Assembly (NCBI GenBank): GCA_013115145.1
Contig: JAAPAO010000013.1
Coordinates: 62,001-126,000 of the forward strand
Length of the DNA stretch: 64,000 nucleotides
Reading direction: 5' to 3'
From: Perkinsus chesapeaki ATCC PRA-425
Lineage: Eukaryota > Protista > Perkinsozoa
Shown here: piece by piece, positions 25,722 through 37,199 of the stretch
How positions within the stretch are numbered: the first letter of the stretch is position 1
How the letters are laid out: every line of letters begins with the position of its first letter
Translations under genes and position numbers: made by a program
Notes under the pieces: model-generated
The model's input: only the letters and a program-made list of their open reading frames with translations
Told to the model about the DNA's origin: nothing
Databases searched by the model: none

Positions 25722-26912
25722 TTACTTTAAACGACAGTCGGAAGCAAGGGAGTGGTAATCTTGACAGTCGGAGAAACCCATATTCTGGGAATAACTATCA
25801 CCATAGAAACAACGTGACCATTCCCAGTTATGTACAGCAAACAAAGTGCCATTAACATCGAACAAATGGTTGAACTGATCCTGGGTAACAACGCCTTCAG
25901 AAACCATACGTTGGGTAAGCTTATTTAGAGTATCCCAAATGTACTCGATACCACCATTGGAGTCAGGATAGGAAGAGGTATCTTTAGCACACATAGACAG
26001 CTTAGCACATCCGTTACCCATTTCACAGGAACCTTCAACCATAATAGTAATCTTGGCCTTAAGATTCTCCCATCCAGGTTGAGTGCAGACCTTGCATTGC
26101 TCAGTCATCATCCATTTCATACGCTCTAGTAAATCGTCCTCATAGCTACCACCAAGCTCATTTCTATAAAGCATCATAAGAGCATGGTCAGCATAGCGCA
26201 TAACGTACTCCGTCTCTTGAGAGTTCTCCTCACCCTCAATTGTACTGTCAACGAAGATGGAATTAGGCAAATAACCCATTCCCTGAGTGACCTCAACAAT
26301 CATATCTTGAGACTTTTGGAGAGCTTCTTTATAGTAATTATCGGCGATATGCTCAACATCGAAACTGATACCAATAGGAGCGATCTCGGCCATGGTTTGG
26401 GCGTTAACAGAGCGCATGAGGAACTGCTCGAACGTGTTAACGAAGGCGACCATTTTCTCACCACTCTTGTCGACAACATCACCATAGGTAAGCCAAATGA
26501 TGCCGTTGTTACCGCTCTCCTGGCGCCATTTCTTCATCCAGCTTACAAGGTTAGTCTGATCCTTGATGAAGTTATAATTAGAGGCATCGGCAATATTAAT
26601 GTACAAATCACCACAGTTCCACTGACGACCCATATCGCTCTTGGCAAAGTTGACCAAGGATTCGTCTCCCTCCCTCCAGTAGGACTGGGACCACGTGTAG
26701 GTGGCAATCTTATTCCCGGTACAGGCGTCCGAGGGCGGGGGTCGCGAAGTCGGAGGAGTAGGGGGGCTCGGAGGGAAGGTTACGGGTTGACTGGGATCGT
26801 CGGGAAGCGCTGACGGCAAACTGCCGGAGCCACCGCTACCAGATGTGGTAGAGCATCCATTGAAAGCTAATGCAATGAAGGCACAGGCTACTGGGGCGAT
26901 GGACCAAAGCAT
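25722..26912 (-). CDS. Unknown secreted/membrane-tethered family, copy 1 (396 aa, intronless); putative glycoside-hydrolase-like TIM barrel
   Basis: Uninterrupted ORF: hydrophobic N-terminus ending FNGCS, Pro/Thr linker, conserved domain with WSQ, LYIN, WLTYGD, ISFDVEH, LMMLYRN, ITIMVEG, FAVHNW. The CDS is secure; the fold is inference. Confidence 0.9.
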   Translation of the reverse strand: MLWSIAPVACAFIALAFNGCSTTSGSGGSGSLPSALPDDPSQPVTFPPSPPTPPTSRPPPSDACTGNKIATYTWSQSYWREGDESLVNFAKSDMGRQWNCGDLYINIADASNYNFIKDQTNLVSWMKKWRQESGNNGIIWLTYGDVVDKSGEKMVAFVNTFEQFLMRSVNAQTMAEIAPIGISFDVEHIADNYYKEALQKSQDMIVEVTQGMGYLPNSIFVDSTIEGEENSQETEYVMRYADHALMMLYRNELGGSYEDDLLERMKWMMTEQCKVCTQPGWENLKAKITIMVEGSCEMGNGCAKLSMCAKDTSSYPDSNGGIEYIWDTLNKLTQRMVSEGVVTQDQFNHLFDVNGTLFAVHNWEWSRCFYGDSYSQNMGFSDCQDYHSLASDCRLK

Positions 26913-27765
26913 TAAATATGAGAAGAACGGTAAACCTACAATAGAGAATGGTTTATTGGACAGTACAGTTAAAGCGCTAGAGCCCTACCAAGAGAATAGA
27001 GTAATAGTAATACAGTATAATATCTACTAGCGACACCTCACTCCTACAGCTAGTACAATGCTTGAGACACTCAATAGATACGAGTAAAGCGTCCCATAAC
27101 ACAAAGTCGTATTACATTACCCTGAAGCCGCCTAGCGGCGGCCGCTATTCCGTATAACATTGATATAAGAGTGTCAGTATGCCCGAGGAGCACTACACAG
27201 CGTAACGCTGTCTAAAATAACGTCTATCATTCAAGAGATCCGAGTTCGATTCAACCATCACGCATTTCTCAAGATATTTTTTGAGCTTTTTTAAAATAGC
27301 CTATCTCAAGGTTGCCTTATGTTGTTGAAACCTCCTCCTAAACTTTCAAAGACACAAGAGAGCGTCCAATCAGTGTGTTTTCAGAATTTTCCTCGACTCC
27401 TCAGTTCACCTCTGATGATTCCTAGATGCGTTTTCCCGAACTAGATACTTGACCACCTCATACTTGCCAACTCTACCCTCTAAACACAACACACAAGGCT
27501 TGGAGAAATCTACTACCCTAGCCCGATTAAATACGTGAATGCATCCTGGGCATACTCCTAGGAACGAGGAACCTCTATTCACAATAATCAACTGATGCAC
27601 CATCGTACAATCGAGTAGCACTCGCAATGCACTTGTGGCACTCGGTTAAATCACTAAAATGTCGCGTCGATAACGCAGGAACTGTGATAGGGCAGTTTGT
27701 TTGAACATAAACAGAGCTCTAAATGTGACACGAAGGGATTAACCCAATAAGTACAAAGTCAGCAA

Positions 27766-28956
27766 CTACTCAGCTCTGCAACTCTGTGCATCGAGATGAT
27801 AGTTCTGAACGCAATCAGTGTAGTTATGTTGCTGCGAGAACGAATCTCCATAATAACATCTTGACCACTCCCAGTTGTGGATTGCATATAAAGTACCGTT
27901 AACATCGAATAACTTATTGTATTGGTCTTGTGTCACAATGCCAGCAGGAACCATCTGACTAGTAAGGTCTTGTAGTTGATCCCAGACATACTCTATACCA
28001 CCGTTGGGATCAGGGTAGGAGGTGGCATCATACGCACACATAGAAAGCTTGCCACAACCGTTACCCATTTCACAGGATCCCTCAACCATGATAGTAATCT
28101 TGGCCTTCAAGTCCTCCCAGCCAGGTTGGGTGCATACAACGCATTGGTCAGTCATCATCCACTGCATACGCTCCAATAGACCGTCGTTGTTTGTACCATT
28201 AACCGAGTTCCTGTAAAGCATCATCAGAGCTCTATCAGCATTCTGCATAACATAAGTAGTTTCTTGTTGGTTTGGTTCACCTTCGATGGTACTGCCGACG
28301 AAAATAGAATTGGGCAGATAACCCATACCTTCAGTGACATTGGCAATCATTTGTCTTGAACTAGTAAGTGCCTTCAGATAGTAATCATCGGGAACATGCT
28401 CAACATCAAAGCTGATACCGATGGGGGATATCTCGGCCATGTCCTGGGCAGAGACGGAACGTATAAGGAACTGCTCGTAAGTGTTTACAAAATCACACAT
28501 TTTTTGACCATCCCTCTCAGTAACATCACCATAAGTTAACCAAATAATTTCATTGTTACCGCTATCTTGACGCCACTTTTTCATCCAGGCAACCAGCTGT
28601 GGTTGGTATTTGATAACATTGTAGTTAGTAGGATCGGCCACGTTGATGTAGAGTTCACCACAGTTCCAAGTCCTGCCCATATCAGTCTGAATGAAGTCAG
28701 TGAGCGTCGGATCTCCATCAACCCAATAGTCCTGTGACCACGAATACATACCAATCTTGTGTCCAGTGCAAGCATTGGTTGGTGGTGGCCTTGTAGTTGG
28801 AGGTGGGCCAGTCGTCTTAGGGAAAGTAACCGGTTGATTAGGATCTGCTGGCATCTGAGGAGGTAGTGTCTCTGGAGTACTATCACCCGAGTCGGTGGAG
28901 CAACCAGTGAGCACAAATGCCAGAGCCACAGACGCTAATCCTCCGAAAAACTTCAT
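27766..28956 (-). CDS. Same family, copy 2 (396 aa, intronless)
   Basis: MKFFGGLASVALAFVLTGCS N-terminus; same motif series as copy 1. Confidence 0.9.
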   Translation of the reverse strand: MKFFGGLASVALAFVLTGCSTDSGDSTPETLPPQMPADPNQPVTFPKTTGPPPTTRPPPTNACTGHKIGMYSWSQDYWVDGDPTLTDFIQTDMGRTWNCGELYINVADPTNYNVIKYQPQLVAWMKKWRQDSGNNEIIWLTYGDVTERDGQKMCDFVNTYEQFLIRSVSAQDMAEISPIGISFDVEHVPDDYYLKALTSSRQMIANVTEGMGYLPNSIFVGSTIEGEPNQQETTYVMQNADRALMMLYRNSVNGTNNDGLLERMQWMMTDQCVVCTQPGWEDLKAKITIMVEGSCEMGNGCGKLSMCAYDATSYPDPNGGIEYVWDQLQDLTSQMVPAGIVTQDQYNKLFDVNGTLYAIHNWEWSRCYYGDSFSQQHNYTDCVQNYHLDAQSCRAE

Positions 28957-29521
28957 TGTTAAATATTGGTGTATTTATATTTTACGATAGCCAGCGGAAC
29001 GAATTGTGTTGTTAGTAGCCCGGACACAAGCTAGCTTTGCGGGACTGTCCCTCATTTCCAAGCTCCCGACTGGCTTTATTCTGTGAGGGTTTGTCACTGA
29101 TATATAGTGCCAAGCATGCATACTATGAAATGGCGCGAGAGTTCTATTGCAATTGTCATCACGATAGAATACATAGCATGCTTTTTTCAAGGAGATCCCC
29201 TTGAGCATCGGCCGACCCCTGTCTTCCTGTACACAATTGTCCCCCAGGAATTGCCTCGGCTAATAATATTTTTCTTCACCGCCACAACTGTCTCCTATAT
29301 ATATTTCGTGGAATTCAACAAGTTCGGCAGCCCACCAAAGACTAACGCAAGTGCCATATTAACTAATAATGATAATGGTCTTACAGCTACTGCTGATGTA
29401 CTGGAAAAGCAGCAAGGGCATAGTCGCCCAGAATGAGAATCATGAGCGATTGCTCAATAGCTTATGTAAAACACGAAATGCTGTATGATGAATAACAGAC
29501 TCTACTGTACGACATAGTAGA

Positions 29522-30754
29522 TTACTTGCCCCTGCAAGTGTCAGCCATACTATGGTAATCCTGACAGTTGGTATAATTGTGCTCTGCAGAGAAATCATCG
29601 CCGAAATAACAGCGAGACCAATCCCAGTTGTGGATAGCAAAGAGAGTTCCATCAGTGAGGAAAAGCTTATTGTATTGATCCTGTGTTAAGATGCCGGCCG
29701 GAACAATATCCTTTGAGAGCTCTTCCAACGTATTCCAAACGTACTCGATACCACCATTGGGGTCGGGATACTGAGATGTATCCTTCACGCACATAGACAT
29801 TTTACCACAACCATTGCCCATCTTGCATGAACCCTCGACCATAATGGTGATCTTAGCACGAAGGTTTTCCCAACCAGGTTGGGTACAAATCACGCACTGA
29901 TCGGTCATCATCCATTGCATCTGCTCGACTAGGTCATCGGCGTGAGTATCGTCAACAGTATTCCTATAGAGCATCATGAGAGCTCTATCAGCATACTGCA
30001 TAACGTAAGAAGTTTCCAATTGGTTCTCTTCTCCTTCGATAGTGCTCCCCACAAGAATGGAGTGAGGTGGGTAACCCTGCGATTGCTCAACATCCTGGAC
30101 CATCTGCTGCGCGTTGACAAGAGCCTCTTTATAGAAGTCGTCCGGAACATCCTCGACATCGAAACTCACCCCTATGGGACCAATAACCGACATGTCCTGA
30201 GCCGACACTGATTGAATCAGGAAGTTCTTGAAGGTATCAACGAACCCAACCATCTTCGTGCCGTTCTTCTCTACCACGTCGCCGTAGGTCATCCAGATAA
30301 CCTCATCGTTACCACTGGCTTGTCTCCATTTTTTCATCCAGTTAACCAGCTTATCCGGGTCAGCAATAAAGTTATAGTTGGAGTAATCGGCGACATTGAT
30401 ATAGAGCTCACCGTAGTCCCAAGTGCGGCCTCTGTCACTCTGGATGAAGTCCGTCAGAGAAGGATCACCTTGGCGCCAGTAGTCTTGAGACCAAGAGTAG
30501 ATACCCATCTTGTGACCATTGGTAATATTGCTGACAGGGAACTGTGTCGGGCCGGAGGTTGAACTCATGGATGATGTAGTCGAGCCTGCCACGTCGCTGC
30601 CCGTCGTTGCCGAAGGACCTTGCTCTGAACTTGCGGTTGTCGTTACGACACTTGCGTCAGTGTCATTGTCTGGCCCGCTCTTCCCACTGCTCGAGGAGCA
30701 CCCAGATATGAACAACGGGATAGACAAGAGTAACCAGGCAAGAGAAGTTCGCAT
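29522..30754 (-). CDS. Same family, copy 3 (intronless)
   Basis: Likely start MRTSLAWLLLSIPLFISGCS at 30754; Ser/Thr-rich linker; VSFDVED variant of the core motif. Confidence 0.9.
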   Translation of the reverse strand: MRTSLAWLLLSIPLFISGCSSSSGKSGPDNDTDASVVTTTASSEQGPSATTGSDVAGSTTSSMSSTSGPTQFPVSNITNGHKMGIYSWSQDYWRQGDPSLTDFIQSDRGRTWDYGELYINVADYSNYNFIADPDKLVNWMKKWRQASGNDEVIWMTYGDVVEKNGTKMVGFVDTFKNFLIQSVSAQDMSVIGPIGVSFDVEDVPDDFYKEALVNAQQMVQDVEQSQGYPPHSILVGSTIEGEENQLETSYVMQYADRALMMLYRNTVDDTHADDLVEQMQWMMTDQCVICTQPGWENLRAKITIMVEGSCKMGNGCGKMSMCVKDTSQYPDPNGGIEYVWNTLEELSKDIVPAGILTQDQYNKLFLTDGTLFAIHNWDWSRCYFGDDFSAEHNYTNCQDYHSMADTCRGK

Positions 30755-31207
30755 AATAACTAGGAGTTGAGGAAAAGAATAAAGACCTGTTACAAGCTTA
30801 CCATCCGTGCTAGCGCGCCAACACAAAAACGTCACAAGGAAAGAATCTAATGAACTGAAAAGTATCACTGGCAGAGTATCGCTTGAAAAGTAGTAGTGAG
30901 ACTGGAATGTAGGAGCCATTTAATGAAAGGCACGGCTTCCTAGGAGCGTGTGAAGATTCCAGAGAGATCAACAGAATTCTGTAGTGTAAAAGTATCTGAT
31001 TCTCCGAGAAGTCTCGAAAACAATAGCGATATAGCTTGATCCTTGCACCAACAAAACACATTAGAGTAACGAATGAAATATGATAAGCATTCACTGATGT
31101 ATCCGAGAGGTATTGCCGAACAATGGCATAAAAAGGCGATGGATGAACAATTGTTCACCACGCAAAAACGATTACTATACGAACCAAGATATAGAGGGCC
31201 CCAGTAG

Positions 31208-32413
31208 TTACTTTGTTCTACAAGTAGCGGCCATCGAATGATAGTCCTGACAGTTGGTGTAGTTCTGTTGCCTCGAGAAATCGTCACCATAGTAGCAACG
31301 AGACCAGTCCCAATTGTGGATAGCATAAAGTGTACCGTTGGTGAGGAAGAGCTTGTCGTATTGCTCCTGTGTTAAGATTCCTTCTGGAACAATGGCATTG
31401 GTGAGCTCCTGGAGTGTGTTCCAAACATACTCAATACCACCAGTAGGATCGGGATACTGGGACGTATCCTTGACGCACATAGATAGCTTTCCGCAACCAT
31501 TTCCCATCTTGCAGGAGCCTTCGACCATAATGGTAATCTTAGCACGAAGATTCTCCCAACCGGGTTTAGTGCAAACCACGCATTGATCAGTCATCATCCA
31601 TCTCATGCGCTCAACGAGGTCATCTGAGTAGGTCCCGTTTACTTCATTACGATACAACATCATCAGGGCCCTATCTGCATACTGCATGACATATGTGGTT
31701 TCCTGTTGATTCTCTTCTCCCTCAATGGTGCTTCCAACTAGAATAGAGTGAGGCAGGTAGCCCATACTCTTCGTTACATTTTGCACCATGTCCTGGGCCG
31801 ACATAAGAGCCTCCTTGTAGTAAGTATCCGGGACATGCTCTACATCGAAGCTGAGGCCGATAGGAGCAATTTCGGCCATATCTTGAGCTGACACGGACTG
31901 TGTAAGAAAGTCCCCGAAAGTCTTAACAAATCCGACCATTTTGGTGCCGTTCTGCTCCACAACATCACCATAGGTCATCCAGATAACATTGTCGTTGCCA
32001 CTAACTTGTCTCCACTTCTTCATCCAATCGACAAGTTGAGGCTGATCAACAATAAAGTTGTAGTTGGTGTTATCGGCCACATTGATATATAACTCGCCGC
32101 AGTCCCAATCACGCCCTCTGTCTGTCTGGATAAAATCAGTCAGAGACGGATCGCCTTCTCTCCAGAAATCCTGAGACCACGCGTATATGCCAATAGGATG
32201 GCCTGTACACGGACTTGAGCTAGCGGGTCTAGGAGTCGGAGGAGCACCAGTGGTCTCCGAAGACGCTCCAGGACCGTTGGGATCACCTGGCTTATCCGAA
32301 GGTGGATTCTGGGTCACAGCGGAAGCGTCATTACCTTTTGAGTCGGACGAACAACCTCCGAAGAAGCAAGCAAGAGCGACCAGAACTGGTGATAGAAGGA
32401 GAATGGACTTCAT
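31208..32413 (-). CDS. Same family, copy 4 (intronless)
   Basis: Likely start MKSILLLSPVLVALACFFGGCS at 32413; same motif series. Confidence 0.9.
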   Translation of the reverse strand: MKSILLLSPVLVALACFFGGCSSDSKGNDASAVTQNPPSDKPGDPNGPGASSETTGAPPTPRPASSSPCTGHPIGIYAWSQDFWREGDPSLTDFIQTDRGRDWDCGELYINVADNTNYNFIVDQPQLVDWMKKWRQVSGNDNVIWMTYGDVVEQNGTKMVGFVKTFGDFLTQSVSAQDMAEIAPIGLSFDVEHVPDTYYKEALMSAQDMVQNVTKSMGYLPHSILVGSTIEGEENQQETTYVMQYADRALMMLYRNEVNGTYSDDLVERMRWMMTDQCVVCTKPGWENLRAKITIMVEGSCKMGNGCGKLSMCVKDTSQYPDPTGGIEYVWNTLQELTNAIVPEGILTQEQYDKLFLTNGTLYAIHNWDWSRCYYGDDFSRQQNYTNCQDYHSMAATCRTK

Positions 32414-32867
32414 GATAGTGTATTTGGTACCAACTGTGGTGTAGCGACGAACCGCCAAGATGGATTCCCAGGGGCTAGTATCTTTCCAAGCTAACGCACA
32501 ATGGCAACGAGAGACAAACATACACAAAGGAGACAACGACCAGCTCCACTGTGACACAGCAGCTTGAATTACACGTTGCCGCTCCACAATGTGTAGAGCA
32601 AACCAAATGAGACGACATGCCAAAAACTGAGCCTATTAGATGGGACGAAAAAACTCAAGACCCTGAACCAGGCATTCTTCCTCCACTTCAGATTTACAAC
32701 GCATTCCACCAGATTTCGGATCTGATACCAGTGTTAAAGCGATGGTCTGTTCATCTCACACGACGAAAGACAGAGAAACATAACAGTTTGAGAATTATAC
32801 TTTGCACAATATTGACGCCTTGGGGTTACTAGGCGTCACGAGATGTAGAAGAAGGAATGCACAGCAA

Positions 32868-34222
32868 TTACAACATCCTGCAATCGGAGGCTAAAGGATG
32901 ATAGTTTTGACAGTTTGAGAAACCCATCTCCTGGGAAAACGAGTCACCATAGAAACAACGGGACCATTCCCAGTTGTGGATGGCAAATGAGGTACCATTG
33001 ACGTCGAATAGATGATCGAACTGTGCTTGGGTTACAATCTGAAAACAGCTAATGTTAACGCGAACGATAAGGACATCGAACTGGATGCCGCAAGGAAGCG
33101 TCTCTTACCCCATCGGAAATCATTCTTCGTTGTAGTTCTTGTAAGGTATCCCACACGTATTGAATACCACCCGCAGGATCCGGGTAAGAAGTGGTATCTT
33201 TGGCGCACATGGAAAGCTTCTTGCAGCCGCTGCCCATTTCGCATGCACCCTCAACCATAATGGTGATCTTAGCCTTAAGATTCTCCCATCCAGGTTGGGT
33301 GCAGACAACACACTGCTCAGTCATCATCCATTTCATACGCTCTACCAGATCATCCTCATACCTGACATCACAGCCAAAGTGATAAAATGAGAACCTATCA
33401 CACAAATATCCCAACTTACGTTCCGTTAACTTCGTTCCTATAAAGCATCATAAGAGCTCTGTCAGCATGACGCATAACAAACTCGGTCTCAACAACATTC
33501 TTTTCACCTTCGATGGTACAATCAACGAAGATAGATCCAGGCAGATATCCCATTCCCTCTGTAACTTCTTGCTTCATAGTTTGGGCATCTATCAGTGCCT
33601 TCTCATAGTATTCTTCTGCGACGTGCTCGACATCAAAACTGATGCCCATAGGAGCAATCAAAGCCATATCTTGAGGTGAGACCGATCTCATTAAGAAGTG
33701 TTTGAAAGTCTGTACAAATGCCACCATCTTAGGGCCATCCTTCTCGACGACGTCACCATACGTCAGCCAGACAGTGCCAATGCTGCCGCTCTGCTTGCGC
33801 CACTCCTTCATCCATTCAACGAGCTTGTCCTCATCCTTAATCCTGTTGTGGTTCGAAGCGTCCGCCACGTTGATGTACAAATCACCGCAGTTCCACTGGC
33901 GACCCACAGGGTGATCCAAGAAATTGATCAGAGAAGGATCGCCCTCACGCCAATAGCCCTGAGACCATGTATAGGTGCCAATACGGTTACCAGTGCAACC
34001 GTTGCCTGGAGGTGGCCTTGAGGTTGGCGGAACTCCTGTGGTCGGTGGGAACGTCGGCACTCGACTCGGATCCGGCGGAAGGGTGGGAAGACCGGGCCCT
34101 CCGCTTGATCCTGGAGCACTGCTTGTTGAGCACCCACCGAGAAACACGGTGCTTGTGATGGTGATGGAGATGCATAGTACCGATGTAAGGACTGAGGAGA
34201 GACTCTTCGGAGCGATGAGCAT
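32868..34222 (-). CDS. Same family, copy 5 (three exons)
   Basis: Start MLIAPKSL…VFLGGCS at 34222. Removing introns 33362-33419 (GTAAGT…GTCAG, 58 nt) and 33039-33108 (GTAAGA…TTTCAG, 70 nt) restores a frame collinear with copy 1, ending CRML* at 32868. Confidence 0.88.
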
Positions 34223-34636
34223 CCCGGAGTGTGAGGAACTACAATAAACTGAAATACGGAAAACGGTACAAAACACAGAAAAGACGTTTTTCTCCAACTC
34301 AGCTTTACAGACGAGCTAGAAATTGTTACAACTGTCCCACGCTAGCAGAAGCGGCCATCCTGGTGGCCCAACACAACACCACTTTGGTCGACACAGAGCT
34401 GTCTCCCGTGAGAAGGAATTGCGACCCACTGTGTTTTCAGCTGGCATATTACTCTGCTAGTGCCATAGAGCTTGTATTCCACATTGGAACCCCTATTGGT
34501 TTTGCGCAGAGGTGGCGCGCAACTGTATCCCGATGCGAACGAGCCTTGAACTAAATACCCAGTTTACAGGAATGAAAACTTCAATTATGGACTAGTCAAG
34601 CACGACATTATCAAAAGATAGATGGAGCATGTTAAT

Positions 34637-36898
34637 CTAGGCGATCATAACTTCGGGTGAGGCAGCCTTAACATCGTCTTCTTCAAGCCAAGCTCGAACT
34701 ATACGGCGCATCCCTTCTCGCGCTCGCCTAATATTCGAGCAATAGCGCAGGCTTCTGGTTGGCTAGTTTACTCTAGGCTTTCATCCACCTTTTCGCTCCC
34801 TTGATGAGTCCAGTAATGGTGCGAGGCGATCGGAACCTGTGCAGTCAGAGCTATCACGATGTGCATCGAAAGCTCATTCCATTGAAATGATTCCAACTCA
34901 CCCAAATAGTGGGTAGGTGAGGACTATTAGACGTAGTAAGTGCCAGTCGATGCCAGGGATCTATGCCACCATTGATTGAGAGAATACGCGTGGCGTTGTT
35001 GAGTGATAGACCACCGTGTTTCTTGTTGGTCTTCTCGATATTAGCTGCTACCTGACCGCACTCTGTACTTCGGTGACTTATTCTTGTTCACAGATGCAGA
35101 TTGGATTATAGTTGTTTTTACAATAATGTACAAGATGACATACGAGCATCTCCCACTGTTTCCCAACGTTCACGCAAATTCCATACTTGGCCATCGGTGA
35201 ATCCCCATGCAATTTCACAAGGCAGCATGTTCCCCTCTAGATCAGCAACGCCTGGCGTCCACAGACAGTTGCGACTTGAATTGCAGGTTTGATAAAAACC
35301 AAACTCATTGCAAGTTTGAAAAGTCCACATCTTCATCCAGTTGCTATCGGACTCGTTCTTGTACCTGATAGTGTCAGAGATCCTTACTACCCCATCACAG
35401 AGTAATAGTCCCCGAGCAGGTTACATTTTCACGACTTTGCTGAAGTCGATGTCCTCGCAGTCTGATTGGTTGAACCGGTTAACCACGGCCAAGCGTTCAA
35501 CTAGGGACCTGAGTAGTCCAAGTGGCAGCAAGACATGCCAAGGAGATCCGTACTCGGGCACATCAGAGTCGGTGAAGTAGCGACAGATCTTGTCGATATT
35601 GCACAGTCTACCTTTGCACTGTGGATCATTAGATTGCGTTTCGAAGCCCAGTAGACCTCCAGAAGCCCTGAACATTGCACTCTCAGTACAACATTACACG
35701 CCGCTAAGTCAGTGAGCTTACCATGTCTTCACGTTATCCACGTTCTCTAGCATATGAGTGCCGCAAATATTGAAAGATCTTTCCAGCTCTCTTCGGCCCT
35801 TGGTATCTTCCAACATTTCGGCTACCCTGGCGTGGGCCCGTTTGACCTATGCCAACAACGAATACTCCTATAGAGTATTTCCGGCGACTTACGGCTGACG
35901 CACAGGCGATGCTTCCTCCAATCAGCTCATTCGCAAATGTATAACCAACAGCATCGTTGTATCTATCGTAAACCATATACAACAATATTATTGCCAAATG
36001 ACAAATGTTACTCTGGAAAATCAAGCCTTGCCTCAATCGGTGCGCTGGAGCTCACAGCCCCGACGAACTTCTCAGGATACTCAGCTCGAGCCCAGGCAGC
36101 GACCACCTGACTGAGGGTAAACAAAGCTAACTATGAGGGGAGGGAAATATAACGATGTTTAGAGCCCAACGGTATGGATGATATCCAACAATACCCCTGG
36201 ATAGCTCCCGCCAAAGGTAACAAATTGTGCACTTCCAAGACCATAATGGGAAGCGGCATAGTCACGAAAACGAGCGACATCGGCCACGGCCTGATCGCTG
36301 GTGAAGGTCTTCTTTAAAACCTCAGCCGATAGATTACTGGTTGGCTTCTCTTGACCGTAGTATCTAATCATAGCGTACGCTATTGACCCCCTAAAATAGA
36401 AACTAACCTGTGCTCGAGAGCCATCGCTATAGCGCCGATTTCTTTGGCGAGTGATATCATATCATCTGCGATATTTGACGCTGTAACTGCATTGTCGGGA
36501 AGAGAAGGTGATTCTCCACCAGTGTACAATAGAACAACCTGACAAATGCGCATCATAGCAGCTGAGACCGATACTTCCTCACTGGCCTTTGGTTCTGACC
36601 CTGTCTTACGAACTCGTGGTTGTAGAGGTATTTTTGACACCAAGTTTTTGAGGATCGGTGATTATCTGAAGGACTCCGAGGCTCTTTTCTCAGTTGGCAG
36701 ATATCTCCAAATGAGTGACGTACACGCACCTTTAGAAAAATGGTCCACCAGCTGGTCACAATAGAAATGTGTATGGTTCCCTTCTGTTTCAGGCTCCGGT
36801 CGTTGCGATAAACCCCCCGAATGCATTCTAAGCCATTCCCTCTGAGATGGCAAGCTCGCCACTCCGCTCAATAGAATCGCAGTGCTGATGGCAATCAT
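34637..36898 (-). CDS. Serine carboxypeptidase S28 family peptidase (PRCP/thymus-specific serine protease-like), copy 1, with signal peptide
   Basis: CDQLVDHF, LLYTGGE, ALEHR|YYG, SDQAVADVARF, TFGGSYPG (catalytic Ser), WTFQTCNEFGFYQT, NGGIDPWH; multi-exon. Confidence 0.9.
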
Positions 36899-36984
36899 GT
36901 TTATGTAAAACACAAGGGCTATGGAATCGATGGCAAGAGTACAATAGGAGGTATCGAGCTGCACAACTGGAAATAGATTCTTGC

Positions 36985-37050
36985 CGGCTGCTGATTGAAG
37001 ATTAGAGTTAGACCGCCGTGCTTCTTATTAGCTCGTTCGATAACTTGATC
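36985..37050 (-). pseudogene. Relic of an internal S28 peptidase exon
   Basis: Translates DQVIERANKKHGGLTL versus (DQ)VAANIERTNKKHGGLSL in the intact copy 2; lies upstream of the copy-1 ATG. Confidence 0.6.
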
Positions 37051-37199
37051 CGGAGAAGGTGCTGTTGGACTCGCACCAAGGCATTTCCGACGTTGGACAA
37101 TAAACTCACGAGCCCAACACACATCGAATGAGAGCATAGACGAAAACCAACAAACATTTCAACGGTAGCTCAACTATGATCGCTGGCTCATCAATCAGT

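Noticed and set aside
26184-30562. Long plus-strand ORFs (209 aa at 26184-26813, 116 aa at 30212-30562 and others)
   Set aside because: Antisense shadows of the real minus-strand family genes.
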